64,000 nt of DNA from Litorimonas sp. (GCA_051251645.1 JBPOEY010000002.1:70093-134092); one strand, 5' to 3'. Counted from the first letter of the stretch, positions 47,144 to 57,624 are shown. Notes: a model not told the origin generated them from the letters alone. Made by a program: numbers and translations.

Positions 47144-49762
47144 TTAGAACCGACGTTTCAGACTCGCCGCAACTGTGGTCCCGATATTATAGTCATCAAG
47201 AATGATTGATGTGCCGTTCAACGTTTGGCTGGCCTCATAACGGTCATCCAAGATATTTTGGATTTTGAACCCGAACTCATACTCGCTTCCCCGCATTTTG
47301 AACGGGATATTGGTCACGAGATCAAGACTGATCGGGAGCTGTTCGTTGATCGATGGTAAGCCATTGGACAAATCTTCGACCGCGCGAATCCGCTCAGACG
47401 TGTAGTTCAGCAGCAGGAATATGTCCCAACCAGCTTCGTAATTTTCGATTCCAAACTGCAAATTGACAAGATGGTCACTCTGCCCCTGCAGTTTACGCCC
47501 ATCCGTATAAAGCCCGGCTGCGGAAATCGTCACGGGCGTCACACCCCGTGACGGATCAACCGTCGGCGGCGTGATGCTGACGGTGCCATCAGCTGACACG
47601 GAACTGTCAACATAGGTGTAATTCGACCGAATCACGAAATCCTGCCCGCCGAGCCATTTGTTCAGGACAGGGAACTTGTCGGAAATGGCGAATTTCTTCT
47701 CAAACTCCAATTCCAAACCATAAAGTTCTGCACGCGGTGCGTTGATAAAGCTCGTCGCGTTACTTTCGCCCAAGCCGTTAAAAATGAACTCCTCGATCGG
47801 ATTCGTCAGATCCTTATAGAAGCCGCCCACGGTGATGAACTGCGTCGCCCCGAAATAATACTCCAAACGCGCATCGAGATTTATGCTCTCAGAATTGGTC
47901 AGGAACGGGTTGCCGACGAAACGATCATCTGTGTCCGTATTGACGAAAATCGACGGGGTGAGTTCGCGGAATTGCGGCCGGTTGATCGTTTTCGACGCTG
48001 CCAACCGCAACTGCCAATTATCGGCGAACGTATAGGTCGCTGTTACCGCGGGGAGGAGATAGTTTTCGTCGAGCGTCTCGAATTGAAAGAACGACCCCGC
48101 GACAAGCGACTGCTCAATGGCGGTTTCCTGCTTTGATGTTTCATACCGTAAGCCACCTGAGACCCGCAGGTCCGGAAAGAATTCGGTTTCCAATGCGACA
48201 TAGCCGCCGAAGGTTTCTAGCGTCGCAAAGGACAGGTCCGGGAAGCCCGTCGTCCCGCCGCGACGAATTTCCAACACGCCCGCATCAACAACCGCGTCCG
48301 ACAAGATCAAATCAATGCGCGATTCCCGTAAGGGCGCTGGGATCGTGCCAAAATAGCGAAAGTCAGCTTGCGAAGAATCCCGGCTTTTATCGAGATAGGC
48401 CCCACCAAATTTAATCTCGACCTCCCGCGCGCCCAGATCGAAGGGCACCGCAAAATCGAGGCCCAAATCGAGGGTCGTGTCATCAAGCTCTGAAAACCGG
48501 ATATCATTATTCGTACCGGGTCGGTTAAATTGGAACCGAAAGCCCAAACCATCTTCGAAATTCTCATAATTGATGCGACGCTCATAAGGGGCATCGCGCG
48601 CCGCCTTGGCGTAGGACGCGCGCCACGTGAGCTCGGCATCATTCAGCGATGGAATGAAATGCTCGCCCAATAACTGACCCATATAGACTTCACGTTCGAA
48701 CCATTCCGTGAAGTCCTGACGGAAAAACCGATCTTCGCGATCTTCGCCCGTGATGATGCGCGCTTCGGCTGAGGATTGACGCGTCGCCAACCCAACAATC
48801 TGCACTAAATTATTTTCATCAAGCTCAACGCCAACGCCGAGCAAACCATTTAGAGAGACGGTGTTTTCCGTCGATTCTCGAAACCCTTGGTCCAACAAGA
48901 CAAGCTCGCCATTGCCGCCGATATTGGCCGTATTGTCCTCACCACGCCGCGTTTCCCAGCGATTATCATAGCCGAGCGTTGCCAGAACGCCGATGCTTTG
49001 ACCGCCATCGAGATCAAATCGAGTCCCGGCAGAGAGGCGCCCGCCGCCATTAAACGGAAGTTTCTCATCAATATCGATCACGAGCGTATCGAAGTTTTCA
49101 AAGTTGCGCGTCGGAACACCATTGGCGTCCAAGGCGGGCAAGTCCCGAAGACCATCGTCAAAGCCGAGCCAATCCGTATCAGACCCGCCATAGACAAGGC
49201 CTTTTCGGTTCGTTGTCGTTGTATTGTAAGATCCGCTGACCGAGAGCTCCAAGAATGCCTCATCCGGGAGCGCGCGCGTGCGCAAATTAATCGCCCCACC
49301 GCCAAATTCTCCCGAAAATTCCGGGCTATAGGTTTTCTGCACAACGACGTCAGACAAGACTGAGGTCGGGAACAAATCGAGCGGGGCGACCCGGCGTAAA
49401 GGCTCCGGTGATGGCAGGGGCGCGCCATTGAGCGTCGCGTAAGAGTAACGTTCATTCAAACCCCGCACGATCACGAATTTGCCTTGGCTCAGGGACAGGC
49501 CCGTGACGCGGGTCAACGCCGAGGCAATATCGCTCGCCCCAATTTGGGCAAAAGTGTCTTCATCCAAAACCGTCGTGATTTCCGAGGTAATTTTCTTTTC
49601 ATTCGGAATGAAAACGCCCGTCGAGATGACTTCGTCTGATATTTCAGGCGACGGAGAGGGTGTCTCCTGTGCATTGGCTCGGCTCGGAAGCTGAGTCAGC
49701 GCCGTCCCGATCAGAAGCGCGGCTAAGAAGCTGTGTGTCGTTGGTTTCACGATGCGATCCAT
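47144..49762 (-). CDS. TonB-dependent receptor
   Basis: Signal peptide, plug (ALTRVTGLS, VRGLNERY, PLDLFP), beta-barrel, C-terminal Phe. Confidence 0.93.
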   Translation of the reverse strand: MDRIVKPTTHSFLAALLIGTALTQLPSRANAQETPSPSPEISDEVISTGVFIPNEKKITSEITTVLDEDTFAQIGASDIASALTRVTGLSLSQGKFVIVRGLNERYSYATLNGAPLPSPEPLRRVAPLDLFPTSVLSDVVVQKTYSPEFSGEFGGGAINLRTRALPDEAFLELSVSGSYNTTTTNRKGLVYGGSDTDWLGFDDGLRDLPALDANGVPTRNFENFDTLVIDIDEKLPFNGGGRLSAGTRFDLDGGQSIGVLATLGYDNRWETRRGEDNTANIGGNGELVLLDQGFRESTENTVSLNGLLGVGVELDENNLVQIVGLATRQSSAEARIITGEDREDRFFRQDFTEWFEREVYMGQLLGEHFIPSLNDAELTWRASYAKAARDAPYERRINYENFEDGLGFRFQFNRPGTNNDIRFSELDDTTLDLGLDFAVPFDLGAREVEIKFGGAYLDKSRDSSQADFRYFGTIPAPLRESRIDLILSDAVVDAGVLEIRRGGTTGFPDLSFATLETFGGYVALETEFFPDLRVSGGLRYETSKQETAIEQSLVAGSFFQFETLDENYLLPAVTATYTFADNWQLRLAASKTINRPQFRELTPSIFVNTDTDDRFVGNPFLTNSESINLDARLEYYFGATQFITVGGFYKDLTNPIEEFIFNGLGESNATSFINAPRAELYGLELEFEKKFAISDKFPVLNKWLGGQDFVIRSNYTYVDSSVSADGTVSITPPTVDPSRGVTPVTISAAGLYTDGRKLQGQSDHLVNLQFGIENYEAGWDIFLLLNYTSERIRAVEDLSNGLPSINEQLPISLDLVTNIPFKMRGSEYEFGFKIQNILDDRYEASQTLNGTSIILDDYNIGTTVAASLKRRF

Positions 49763-49848
49763 TTCAAAATCGGTCAGTTAGTTTTGGTCGGCAACAGTCA
49801 GAGCCGCAAACCGTTCGACCCGGACACAAGGCCCGGGTCGCGGAAAAT

Positions 49849-52596
49849 CTATTGGTCGACCAAAAGGGTCCAACCTTGATACCAAGTGTCATCGGCGTCT
49901 TCGACGGCGCCGATGTAGGTGACGGCATCAAAGAACGGATCGACAGCATTGACGTTGGTCGCGGTAACCGCCTGCTCCGGTGCGCCAGGGACATAGCTTT
50001 CGTCAGACACGGTGACCGCGCCACCAATAATAATATTAGACCCCGCCGCGATGACCGCCGCCTGCGCCGCGTCTTCAACCGTATTATCGGCTTCGAGATC
50101 GGCGCTATTGCCTGCGATGAGAAAGCTGTTCAGCGAGACATTTCCGGCTGTCGCCTCTGTCGCCGTGGAGGCATCATCAATGTCAAAACCTGCATCCTGA
50201 AAGCCGGTCACGATCCCGTTATAGAGGTCCGCATTTGTCCCGGCGCGTAGCAAGACGCCCGTATCGCCCGCAGCGCCCCCAATAAAGGTTAGGTTCGAGA
50301 TCGTTGGATTAGACCGTGGGGTCAGCGTATTATTCGAGCCCCGGTTGTCGCCTTCGATCCCGCGGTCGCCGGCGCTGTCGGCTTGATCAATGATGACATA
50401 TTGCACCTTGCCAACCCAGCCATCGGTCCAGTCAAGGCTGTCATCACCAATCCCTGTCAGGACAAGGTGTTTGACATTCACGGTACCGCCGAAGAATTCG
50501 ACGCCGTCATCAACATTATTATGGACTTGGACGTAATCGACTTGCGTCGCGGAGCCGACCCCTTGGAAGGCAATGCCGTTGAGCTCGTCCTCATCATTGA
50601 TGAGGTTGCCTGCGAAAGAGACCCGGGTAAAAAACAAATTGCCGCTATTATCGTCAGAGGCCCCACCCCCGAATAGGCCCGAAGAGCCTTCGCCGGATTT
50701 CTCACACCCAATCGCACCGCCTGTTGCCGTGCCGTCGATACAATCATTGATCGGCGCGCGGCCATTGATGATCAAGCCACCCCATTTACCGCGATCATTC
50801 GCATTATCTGACGTTCCGAACACTTCATCGCGCGATGTGATGATGACGGGCGCTGTGCGGGTTCCGTTAGAGCGGATTTGGGAGCCGCGTGAGACAACGA
50901 GATAATCGTCCCCCGCCGCGCCGTAGACAGTCGTTCCCGCATCAATGGTAAGAATGGCGCTCGATCGATTAGCAATCGGGTTGGCTGTGTCACCGCCCAG
51001 ATCTTCGCCGATAAAGACCGCGCCTTCGAGTTGATAGACGAAATTATTGTTCAACCGGACATTGGACGTGATCGACCCTGTCAGCGAACAAATCTGCTTG
51101 CCGCCGACAATGTCACCTGTGGACAGCGTGCCCACCGGACATTCCGTTGGGCTTTCAAACAACCCAAAGGTCCAGCCCTGCGCCCAATTGCTATCCTCGG
51201 TCTCGGTCGCGGAAAACGCGCCGATATAGCCAGCATTATCAAAACCTGCGAGCATCGGGTCTGTTGATGTCACGGCTTGCTCCGCCGCACCGGGGAAAAA
51301 CTCATCCGCCAGGGAGCTATTGCCCTGAACGACGTTCGGGCTGTTCGCGACAGCGGTTTGCGTATCAAAGGCTGGAGTGTCGTCACCGGATTCGATATTG
51401 TCGCTATTGTCGAGGAATAGAGAGGCAAACGACAAATCACCACTGGCGAGATTATCCAGACTGGACTGATCATCGACATCAATACCGGCATCTTGGAACC
51501 CGACGATCACGCCGTTAATCATGCGTCCTTCTGTGCCGGCGCGAACAACAATGCCCGTGTCGCCGGAATCACCGCCGAGGAAGGTAAAGTTGGAAATCAG
51601 CGGATTAGACGTTGGGGTCAGTGTGTTGTTGGAGCCTCGGTTATCACCTTCAATCCCGCGGTCGCCTGCGCCAGGGCTTTGTTTGACGAGCACATATTGA
51701 GCGCCGCCGGTCCACCCATCCGTCCAGTCAAGGCTATCATCGCCAATCCCCGTCAGCACAACATAGTCACAGACGACGGAGCCGCCGAAAAACTCGACGC
51801 CATCGTCCGCATTATTGTGAACTTGAATATGGTCACACGTTGTGCCGGACCCGACGCCCTGGAACGCAATCCCGTTCAACTCGTCTTCGTCATTGATCAA
51901 GTTACCGGCATATTTGACCTGCAAATATTGCAAGGTGCCCGAGTTATCCGCCGCGTTCGCGCCGCCAAATAAACCGGATGACCCTTCGCCAGATTTCTCA
52001 CAGTCGGCTGAGCCGCCGACGGCGGTCCCGTCGATACAATCATTAATCGGTGCGGAGCCGTTAATAACGAGGCCACCCCATTGTCCCCGATCATTCGCCG
52101 GATCAACCGTGCCGGCAATGTCTTGGATCGATGTCATAATCACCGGCTCTGTCGCTGAGCCGCGGGCATTTAGACGCGAGCCTCGCGAAACAACGAGATA
52201 GTCTTGACCTGCTTTGCCAAAAATTCGCGTGCCTGCCGGGATCGTTAAGGTCGCGTTGCGCCCACCGTCTTCACCCACAAATACTGCCCCGTCCAGCGCG
52301 TAGCCATTGGCCGCTGACAAAGTCAGGTTTTCCGTAATCGTGCCGGTAATCGTGCAGGCAATGACGTCTGTGCTGCCTGTTGCAATCGTTTCTTGCGTCG
52401 TTCCTGTGTCGCAACCGGCCGCGCCGACAAGATTAATCTCAGTATTGCCGCTACCGCCACCACCGCCTGACGTTGGAGGATTAATGACCACACCGCCGGT
52501 TTGGCCGGGAGAAGAGGTTGTCCCGCCTCCGCAAGCAGATAAGGCAAAACCAGCCGCAGTGGCCAAAAGGACGCGCTTTAGGGACGAGTTGAACAT
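49849..52596 (-). CDS. Large acidic lipoprotein with two tandem ~420-aa beta-helix-like domains
   Basis: LSAC lipobox; duplicated WGGL(V/I)ING...DELNGIAFQGVGS...VHNN(A/V)DDGVEFFGG...W(A/Y)QGWT. Confidence 0.88.
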   Translation of the reverse strand: MFNSSLKRVLLATAAGFALSACGGGTTSSPGQTGGVVINPPTSGGGGGSGNTEINLVGAAGCDTGTTQETIATGSTDVIACTITGTITENLTLSAANGYALDGAVFVGEDGGRNATLTIPAGTRIFGKAGQDYLVVSRGSRLNARGSATEPVIMTSIQDIAGTVDPANDRGQWGGLVINGSAPINDCIDGTAVGGSADCEKSGEGSSGLFGGANAADNSGTLQYLQVKYAGNLINDEDELNGIAFQGVGSGTTCDHIQVHNNADDGVEFFGGSVVCDYVVLTGIGDDSLDWTDGWTGGAQYVLVKQSPGAGDRGIEGDNRGSNNTLTPTSNPLISNFTFLGGDSGDTGIVVRAGTEGRMINGVIVGFQDAGIDVDDQSSLDNLASGDLSFASLFLDNSDNIESGDDTPAFDTQTAVANSPNVVQGNSSLADEFFPGAAEQAVTSTDPMLAGFDNAGYIGAFSATETEDSNWAQGWTFGLFESPTECPVGTLSTGDIVGGKQICSLTGSITSNVRLNNNFVYQLEGAVFIGEDLGGDTANPIANRSSAILTIDAGTTVYGAAGDDYLVVSRGSQIRSNGTRTAPVIITSRDEVFGTSDNANDRGKWGGLIINGRAPINDCIDGTATGGAIGCEKSGEGSSGLFGGGASDDNSGNLFFTRVSFAGNLINDEDELNGIAFQGVGSATQVDYVQVHNNVDDGVEFFGGTVNVKHLVLTGIGDDSLDWTDGWVGKVQYVIIDQADSAGDRGIEGDNRGSNNTLTPRSNPTISNLTFIGGAAGDTGVLLRAGTNADLYNGIVTGFQDAGFDIDDASTATEATAGNVSLNSFLIAGNSADLEADNTVEDAAQAAVIAAGSNIIIGGAVTVSDESYVPGAPEQAVTATNVNAVDPFFDAVTYIGAVEDADDTWYQGWTLLVDQ

Positions 52597-52680
52597 GTGT
52601 AAGCCTCACGAAGGACAAAAATCGCTAACGAGGGACTCAAAATTTGCCCTCGCGTTCCTGCGGGCCAAGACCACCTTATT

Positions 52681-52740
52681 GTGACGCGCGAGCAACGGGT
52701 CCGTGTCGCTTCGGTGAAAGGCTCGTGAAGCTTCAATGAC
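52681..52740 (-). promoter_or_regulatory. 11-bp-periodic Pho-box-like array
   Basis: Plus-strand GTGAC, GCAAC, GTGTC, GTGAA, GTGAA and ATGAC at 52681, 52692, 52703, 52714, 52725 and 52736. Confidence 0.5.
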
Positions 52741-52780
52741 GTTCAAAGACTGTTTTGAGCCAAGTCACTGACTCCAAACG

Positions 52781-52808
52781 AAAAAGGCCCGCCGTTATCG
52801 GGCGAGCC
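52781..52808 (-). terminator. Intrinsic terminator
   Basis: Minus strand GGCTCGCC...GGCGGGCC followed by TTTTT, after the TPR gene. Confidence 0.75.
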
Positions 52809-52843
52809 ATTTTCTGTATTTTTGAGACGCTGTCTGCGTGAGC

Positions 52844-53413
52844 TTATTTAAGTTCGAGAGTCGCCATTTGCTCACTGACCGCCGCCCAACCAGGGCGCAA
52901 GGTCAACGCGCGCACGTAAGCGTCGCGGGCGGCTTCGGTCTCGCCCGCCATCTGGTAGGTCAGGCCCAAGCCATATTCAGCCAGCGGTACGTGGCGGCCC
53001 TGATTATTACAATCTTCAAACTTCCGACGCGCCGTCGTGAGGTCATTTTCCATCATGGCCGCAAAGCCATGACCGAGAGTTTCCAACTGGCGATCATTCG
53101 CCAAATCACCCGCCCGAGTAAAATCTTCTGCGGCACTATCGTGACGCCCCAAGGCCATCTGGTGCAGCGCGCGGCGCGCATAAAGTTGCGAACGCACATC
53201 ATCATTGGGGGCGGAGGCGCGTAATGCCTTGGTGCAAGACCGAATGGCGCGCGATGAACTCTCCATCGAGAGACAATTATTCAATGACGCCTGAGCCGGT
53301 GATGGGAGCGCGCTTATCCCTGTAGCGGTCAACGTGCTCGGGAATGTTTCGCTGGCCAAGGCCGTCCCTGACATGGCGAGAACAAGTCCGGCTGAGAGTA
53401 AGAATATTTTCAT
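52844..53413 (-). CDS. Secreted TPR-like protein
   Basis: Signal peptide (TALA); helical repeats such as AEYGLGLTYQMAGETEAARDAYVRALTLRP. Confidence 0.8.
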   Translation of the reverse strand: MKIFLLSAGLVLAMSGTALASETFPSTLTATGISALPSPAQASLNNCLSMESSSRAIRSCTKALRASAPNDDVRSQLYARRALHQMALGRHDSAAEDFTRAGDLANDRQLETLGHGFAAMMENDLTTARRKFEDCNNQGRHVPLAEYGLGLTYQMAGETEAARDAYVRALTLRPGWAAVSEQMATLELK

Positions 53414-53493
53414 GGCAGCGCTCCGACAGCAGGTCGACTGTTATTTTTGAAACTACACGTTCGATCAATTTCGAAACATGTCACAGTTCTTCT

Positions 53494-53577
53494 ATGACTA
53501 TTATGTGACACAAGCGTCATAGAATAGTCAATATAAAAATGACAGTAATGTGACATTAAATGTCATATTATTGTCGC
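53494..53577. promoter_or_regulatory. Pho boxes on both strands
   Basis: Minus: ATGTCAC-ATTA-CTGTCAT (53539-53556) and GTGTCAC-ATAA-TAGTCAT (53494-53511). Plus: GCGTCAT-AGAA-TAGTCAA (53514-53531) and ATGTCAT-ATTA-TTGTCGC (53560-53577). Confidence 0.7.
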
Positions 53578-53799
53578 TAAACCATCTGCACGCATACGAA
53601 GCCTCTGCACAGAACAGTGTTCCGCGCCCTTAAGGCATTGACGGAGTGGGATAAAACGTGCGCGCAAAACCATATCACGCAAGTGAAAGTGCCGCCCGCG
53701 TATCGTGAGACGTCGCGGCCCCCTTATAGACGGGTCAAAAGACGGTTAGTCGCGCCGCGCCTAACAGGCACGACGCTGTTATGGAGCAATGGGCCGGAC

Positions 53800-53976
53800 T
53801 TAGGCGTCTGCCTTGGCTCCCATTTGCACAAGCGTATCTTTAATTTGCAACTTCTGTCGTTTGAGCTGCGAAATTTTTACATTATCTGGAGCCGGACTTC
53901 GAAGCTCTCGGTCGATTTGGTGTTCAATATTCCCGTGACGGGTGTGTAGTTGTTCCAAATGAGCCGATAGCGCCAT
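53800..53976 (-). CDS. DUF465 (YdcH) family protein
   Basis: GGAGG RBS; LEQLHTRHGNIE...LKRQKLQIKD. Confidence 0.85.
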   Translation of the reverse strand: MALSAHLEQLHTRHGNIEHQIDRELRSPAPDNVKISQLKRQKLQIKDTLVQMGAKADA

Positions 53977-54046
53977 GAAGACCTCCATTTACGGTTTGTG
54001 GAAATGCACAATAGCACATTCTCGCCAACAGCGCTAGAACCCGCCC

Positions 54047-54304
54047 ATGACAGATAGTTCAGACAGCTCAGATACGCCTAACGTCGACCCCGAATTGACG
54101 GCGGAGGAGGAAGAGGCGCAGGCCATTGAGCTCTTAGAACGGTTAAAGCTGGAACATCGCCGGATCGATCAAGAGATTAATGCGCTGGCAGAAACTGGTG
54201 TCGCTGACATGTTAAAGGTTAAGCGGATGAAGAAAATCAAACTGTCGATCAAAGACCAGATAGCCTATCTGGAAAATCAAATCACGCCGGACATTATCGC
54301 TTAG
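54047..54304 (+). CDS. DUF465 (YdcH) family protein
   Basis: LKLEHRRID...RMKKIKLSIKDQI; divergent from its paralogue. Confidence 0.85.
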   Translation: MTDSSDSSDTPNVDPELTAEEEEAQAIELLERLKLEHRRIDQEINALAETGVADMLKVKRMKKIKLSIKDQIAYLENQITPDIIA

Positions 54305-54322
54305 TCTTCGCCGCCCAAAGAC

Positions 54323-54949
54323 TCATTCGTTAGACCGCTTATCCAGATACATAGCGCGGTCCGCACGCTCCAAAACTTGCGCCGCTGTCTGACCTGCTTC
54401 GCATGGGGCCGTTCCCCAACTGGCCGTAATCCCAATAGGTCCTTCCGGATGTTGCAAAGACAGATTGCCAACCCGGCAGGCGAGCGCGCCCGCTTTCGCT
54501 TTGGCAATCATCTGATCTGACTTGAACAAGAGCACACCAAATTCATCCCCGCCAAGCCGCGCGACCATATCGCACTGACGGACACCCGTGAGGAGACTCT
54601 CTGCGACGAACTCTAATATCTTATCGCCGATCCCATGACCAAAACGATCATTGACCAATTTAAACCCATCCAAATCAAAGAAGATAATGGATGACGTCAT
54701 CCCATAGCGGGACATGACGGACTGTGCACAACTGACTTCGCGCATAAAGGCCCGACGGTTGTAAATTGGCAAAAGTGGATCCAGATCCGCCGACGCTTCG
54801 AGCTCTAACACCCGTAAGCGTAATCGCGTCACTTCATCGCTCAGCTCACGATTTCGCGCAGCCAGATGCGCATCCGTCACACCAATCTGTGACGACATCG
54901 GATCAGCGGCAGTTTGCAGCAGCGTCGTGATGCGGGATGGATCGACCAA
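54323..54949 (-). CDS. Diguanylate cyclase (GGDEF domain)
   Basis: NRRAF, FDLDGFKLVNDRFGHGIGD, RLGGDEF and ADRAMY motifs. Confidence 0.92.
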   Translation of the reverse strand: MVDPSRITTLLQTAADPMSSQIGVTDAHLAARNRELSDEVTRLRLRVLELEASADLDPLLPIYNRRAFMREVSCAQSVMSRYGMTSSIIFFDLDGFKLVNDRFGHGIGDKILEFVAESLLTGVRQCDMVARLGGDEFGVLLFKSDQMIAKAKAGALACRVGNLSLQHPEGPIGITASWGTAPCEAGQTAAQVLERADRAMYLDKRSNE

Positions 54950-55123
54950 GTCTTCAACGAATCCTTTTTGAATAGACTCCTCTTCTTGACCCGGGCGTCG
55001 TTAATGATGCGCTAAGAAAACGGAGAGATTTCTATCTTCGTGACATCGTTTCTGGCAATTGACCGCTCTGTCCCAATCGCTATGTTGCATCGCTTTCCAG
55101 CGCAGGAAGCGAGAGTGCCCCCC

Positions 55124-55627
55124 ATGTCCACCCCGTCCATCGCCATCACGCCCCCTGTCGCCATTATAATGGGGTCAAGATCCGATTGGCCGACCATGGA
55201 ACATGCGGCCATCGTGCTCGACGAACTCGGCGTTTCTTATGAAGCGACCGTGATTTCTGCGCACCGCACACCACAACGTCTTTATGATTTCTCGATCGCC
55301 GCCGCCGACAACGGCTTTAAAGTCGTGATCGCCGGCGCAGGCGGCGCAGCCCATTTGCCCGGCATGTGCGCCTCGATGACCCGGCTGCCCGTGCTCGGCG
55401 TTCCCGTCGAGAGCAAAGCTCTCTCCGGCATGGATAGCTTACTGTCGATTGCGCAAATGCCCGGCGGCATTCCAGTCGGAACCCTCGCCATTGGCAAAGC
55501 GGGTGCAAAGAATGCGGGACTGCTCGCGGCCGCCATTCTCGCGACCTCGGACGACGCCCTCGCCGAACGCTTAGACGTTTGGCGCGCGCGCCAAACAAAG
55601 AGCGTCGGCACAGACCCGCGCGGCTAG
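55124..55627 (+). CDS. purE: N5-carboxyaminoimidazole ribonucleotide mutase
   Basis: [25 protein letters not shown] and QMPGGIPV motifs. Confidence 0.97.
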   Translation: MSTPSIAITPPVAIIMGSRSDWPTMEHAAIVLDELGVSYEATVISAHRTPQRLYDFSIAAADNGFKVVIAGAGGAAHLPGMCASMTRLPVLGVPVESKALSGMDSLLSIAQMPGGIPVGTLAIGKAGAKNAGLLAAAILATSDDALAERLDVWRARQTKSVGTDPRG

Positions 55628-55630
55628 ATC

Positions 55631-56701
55631 ATGACCCGCCCCAAAACGCTACTCGCGCCCGGTTCAACCATCGGTATTCTGGGCGGTGGACAATTGGGCC
55701 GGATGCTGGCCTTAGCGGCCGCGCGACTAGGATTGAAAACGCACACATTCGGCCCGTGTGATGATGACCCGGCGGGACAAGTGTCCAACACGCACACGCA
55801 AGCTGCCTATGATGACGAGGGCGCCCTCGCCCAGTTCGGCGCAGCGTGCGACGCGATCACCTATGAATGGGAGTCCATTCCGGTTCGCGCCGTCGAAGTT
55901 GCCGGGGCGGACCGTTTTGTTGCGCCGAACCTCACGGCCTTGCGCACAGCGCAGGACCGCCTGCTCGAAAAACAATTTCTCTCAAGCCTGCCCGGTGTCG
56001 ACGTCGCGCCATTCGCCGCCGCGAGCGGCAGTCTGCAAGACTTGCAGCGCGCCATCGACACGATTGGGATGCCTTGCGTTGTGAAGACGCGGCGCGGCGG
56101 CTATGACGGCAAAGGCCAAGCCGTCGTGACGCAGAAGGACGATATTCCCGCCGTCTGGGACGCGCTGGGCGCGTTTGACCTCATTGTCGAAGGCTTCGTG
56201 ACCTTTACGCGTGAAGCCAGCGTCGTCTGCGCGCGCGGAATGGACGGTGACGTCCGGGCCTATCCCCTCACGGAAAATGTCCACCGCGATCACATCTTGC
56301 ATAGCTCGACCGCGCCAGCCTCTGGTGACGACGGCGAACCCGGCAAGATTGCGCGAACCATCGTCGATGCGCTTGATTATGTCGGCGTCATTGGTGTCGA
56401 GTTCTTCGACACGCCCTCCGGTTGGATCGTCAATGAAATCGCGCCGCGCGTTCACAATAGCGGCCATTGGACCCAAGACGCGGGCTGCACGGACCAGTTC
56501 GAACAACATATTCGGGCTGTTGCGGGCTGGCCGCTTGGCGACGCCACGCCCGCGTGGCCCGTGCAAATGACGAACCTCATCGGCGATGATGTTGCGGCGT
56601 GGGAATCACTGGCGCGCGACCCGAAAACCCGCCTTCACCTTTATGGCAAACAAACGGTCAGAGCGGGTCGGAAGATGGGTCACGTCAATCGGCATATATA
56701 G
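55631..56701 (+). CDS. purK: N5-CAIR synthase
   Basis: GILGGGQLGRM, GYDGKGQ, NEIAPRVHNSGHWT and RKMGHV motifs. Confidence 0.97.
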   Translation: MTRPKTLLAPGSTIGILGGGQLGRMLALAAARLGLKTHTFGPCDDDPAGQVSNTHTQAAYDDEGALAQFGAACDAITYEWESIPVRAVEVAGADRFVAPNLTALRTAQDRLLEKQFLSSLPGVDVAPFAAASGSLQDLQRAIDTIGMPCVVKTRRGGYDGKGQAVVTQKDDIPAVWDALGAFDLIVEGFVTFTREASVVCARGMDGDVRAYPLTENVHRDHILHSSTAPASGDDGEPGKIARTIVDALDYVGVIGVEFFDTPSGWIVNEIAPRVHNSGHWTQDAGCTDQFEQHIRAVAGWPLGDATPAWPVQMTNLIGDDVAAWESLARDPKTRLHLYGKQTVRAGRKMGHVNRHI

Positions 56702-56714
56702 ACGCCGATACAGA

Positions 56715-57605
56715 TTAAGCGTTCAGCACGCGCCCCGCCACCGCATCCAGCTTCGCGACTAATTCCGGGTCACGGGCTTCGGGCGGCGTAATAATTGCCA
56801 CGTCGAGATTGGTTTCAATCCCAGCGGCACAGGGGAAACGCGGTTGCCCCGTCAGTGTTTCACAGAGAGTCCGGACGGCTTCGCCTGCCGTCGCTGCATT
56901 CTGTTGCAAAATCGCGATCACACTGGCGACATCGACGCTGCCGTGATCTGGGTGCCAGCAGTCAAAATCCGTCACCATAGCGAGTGTGGCGTAAGGCAGC
57001 TCCGCTTCGCGGGCGAGCTTGGCTTCCGGCATATTGGTCATGCCGATGACGTCACAGCCCCATTGGCGATAGAGCGCGCTCTCGGCCTTGGTCGAAAACT
57101 GCGGCCCTTCCATCGCCAGATAGGTGCCGCCTTTATGCACGGTCGCGCCCGCACTGCGGGCCGCTTCAGCGGCGAGAGTTGAGAGGCGAGGACAGATGGG
57201 GTCGGCGACACTGACATGCGCGACGCAGCCGGGCCCAAAGAAGCTCTTCTCGCGCGCGAACGTCCGATCAATAAATTGATCGACAGCGACGAAATGGCCG
57301 GGGGCATACTGTTCTTTGAGGGAGCCGACCGCACTGATCGAGAGCACATCCGTACAGCCCGCGCGTTTCAGCGCATCGATATTCGCACGGTAATTAACGG
57401 CGCTTGGCGTGAGATGGTGACCCCGGCCATGACGCGGCAAAAACCGCAAGCGAACATCGCCATAATCGGCAAATAAAATCTCATCCGACGGATCGCCCCA
57501 CGGCGTATCGATCTTGACCCACTGTTCGTTCTTCAGCCCATCAATGGCGTAAAGCCCAGAGCCGCCGAGCACGCCGAGAGTCCATTGGGTGTTGGTTTGG
57601 ATCAT
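56715..57605 (-). CDS. mtnP: S-methyl-5'-thioadenosine phosphorylase
   Basis: GGSGLY, PRHGRGH, EGPQFST, GMTNMPEAKLARE and VTDFDCW motifs. Confidence 0.95.
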   Translation of the reverse strand: MIQTNTQWTLGVLGGSGLYAIDGLKNEQWVKIDTPWGDPSDEILFADYGDVRLRFLPRHGRGHHLTPSAVNYRANIDALKRAGCTDVLSISAVGSLKEQYAPGHFVAVDQFIDRTFAREKSFFGPGCVAHVSVADPICPRLSTLAAEAARSAGATVHKGGTYLAMEGPQFSTKAESALYRQWGCDVIGMTNMPEAKLAREAELPYATLAMVTDFDCWHPDHGSVDVASVIAILQQNAATAGEAVRTLCETLTGQPRFPCAAGIETNLDVAIITPPEARDPELVAKLDAVAGRVLNA

Positions 57606-57624
57606 TGGGTCAACCTAAATATCT

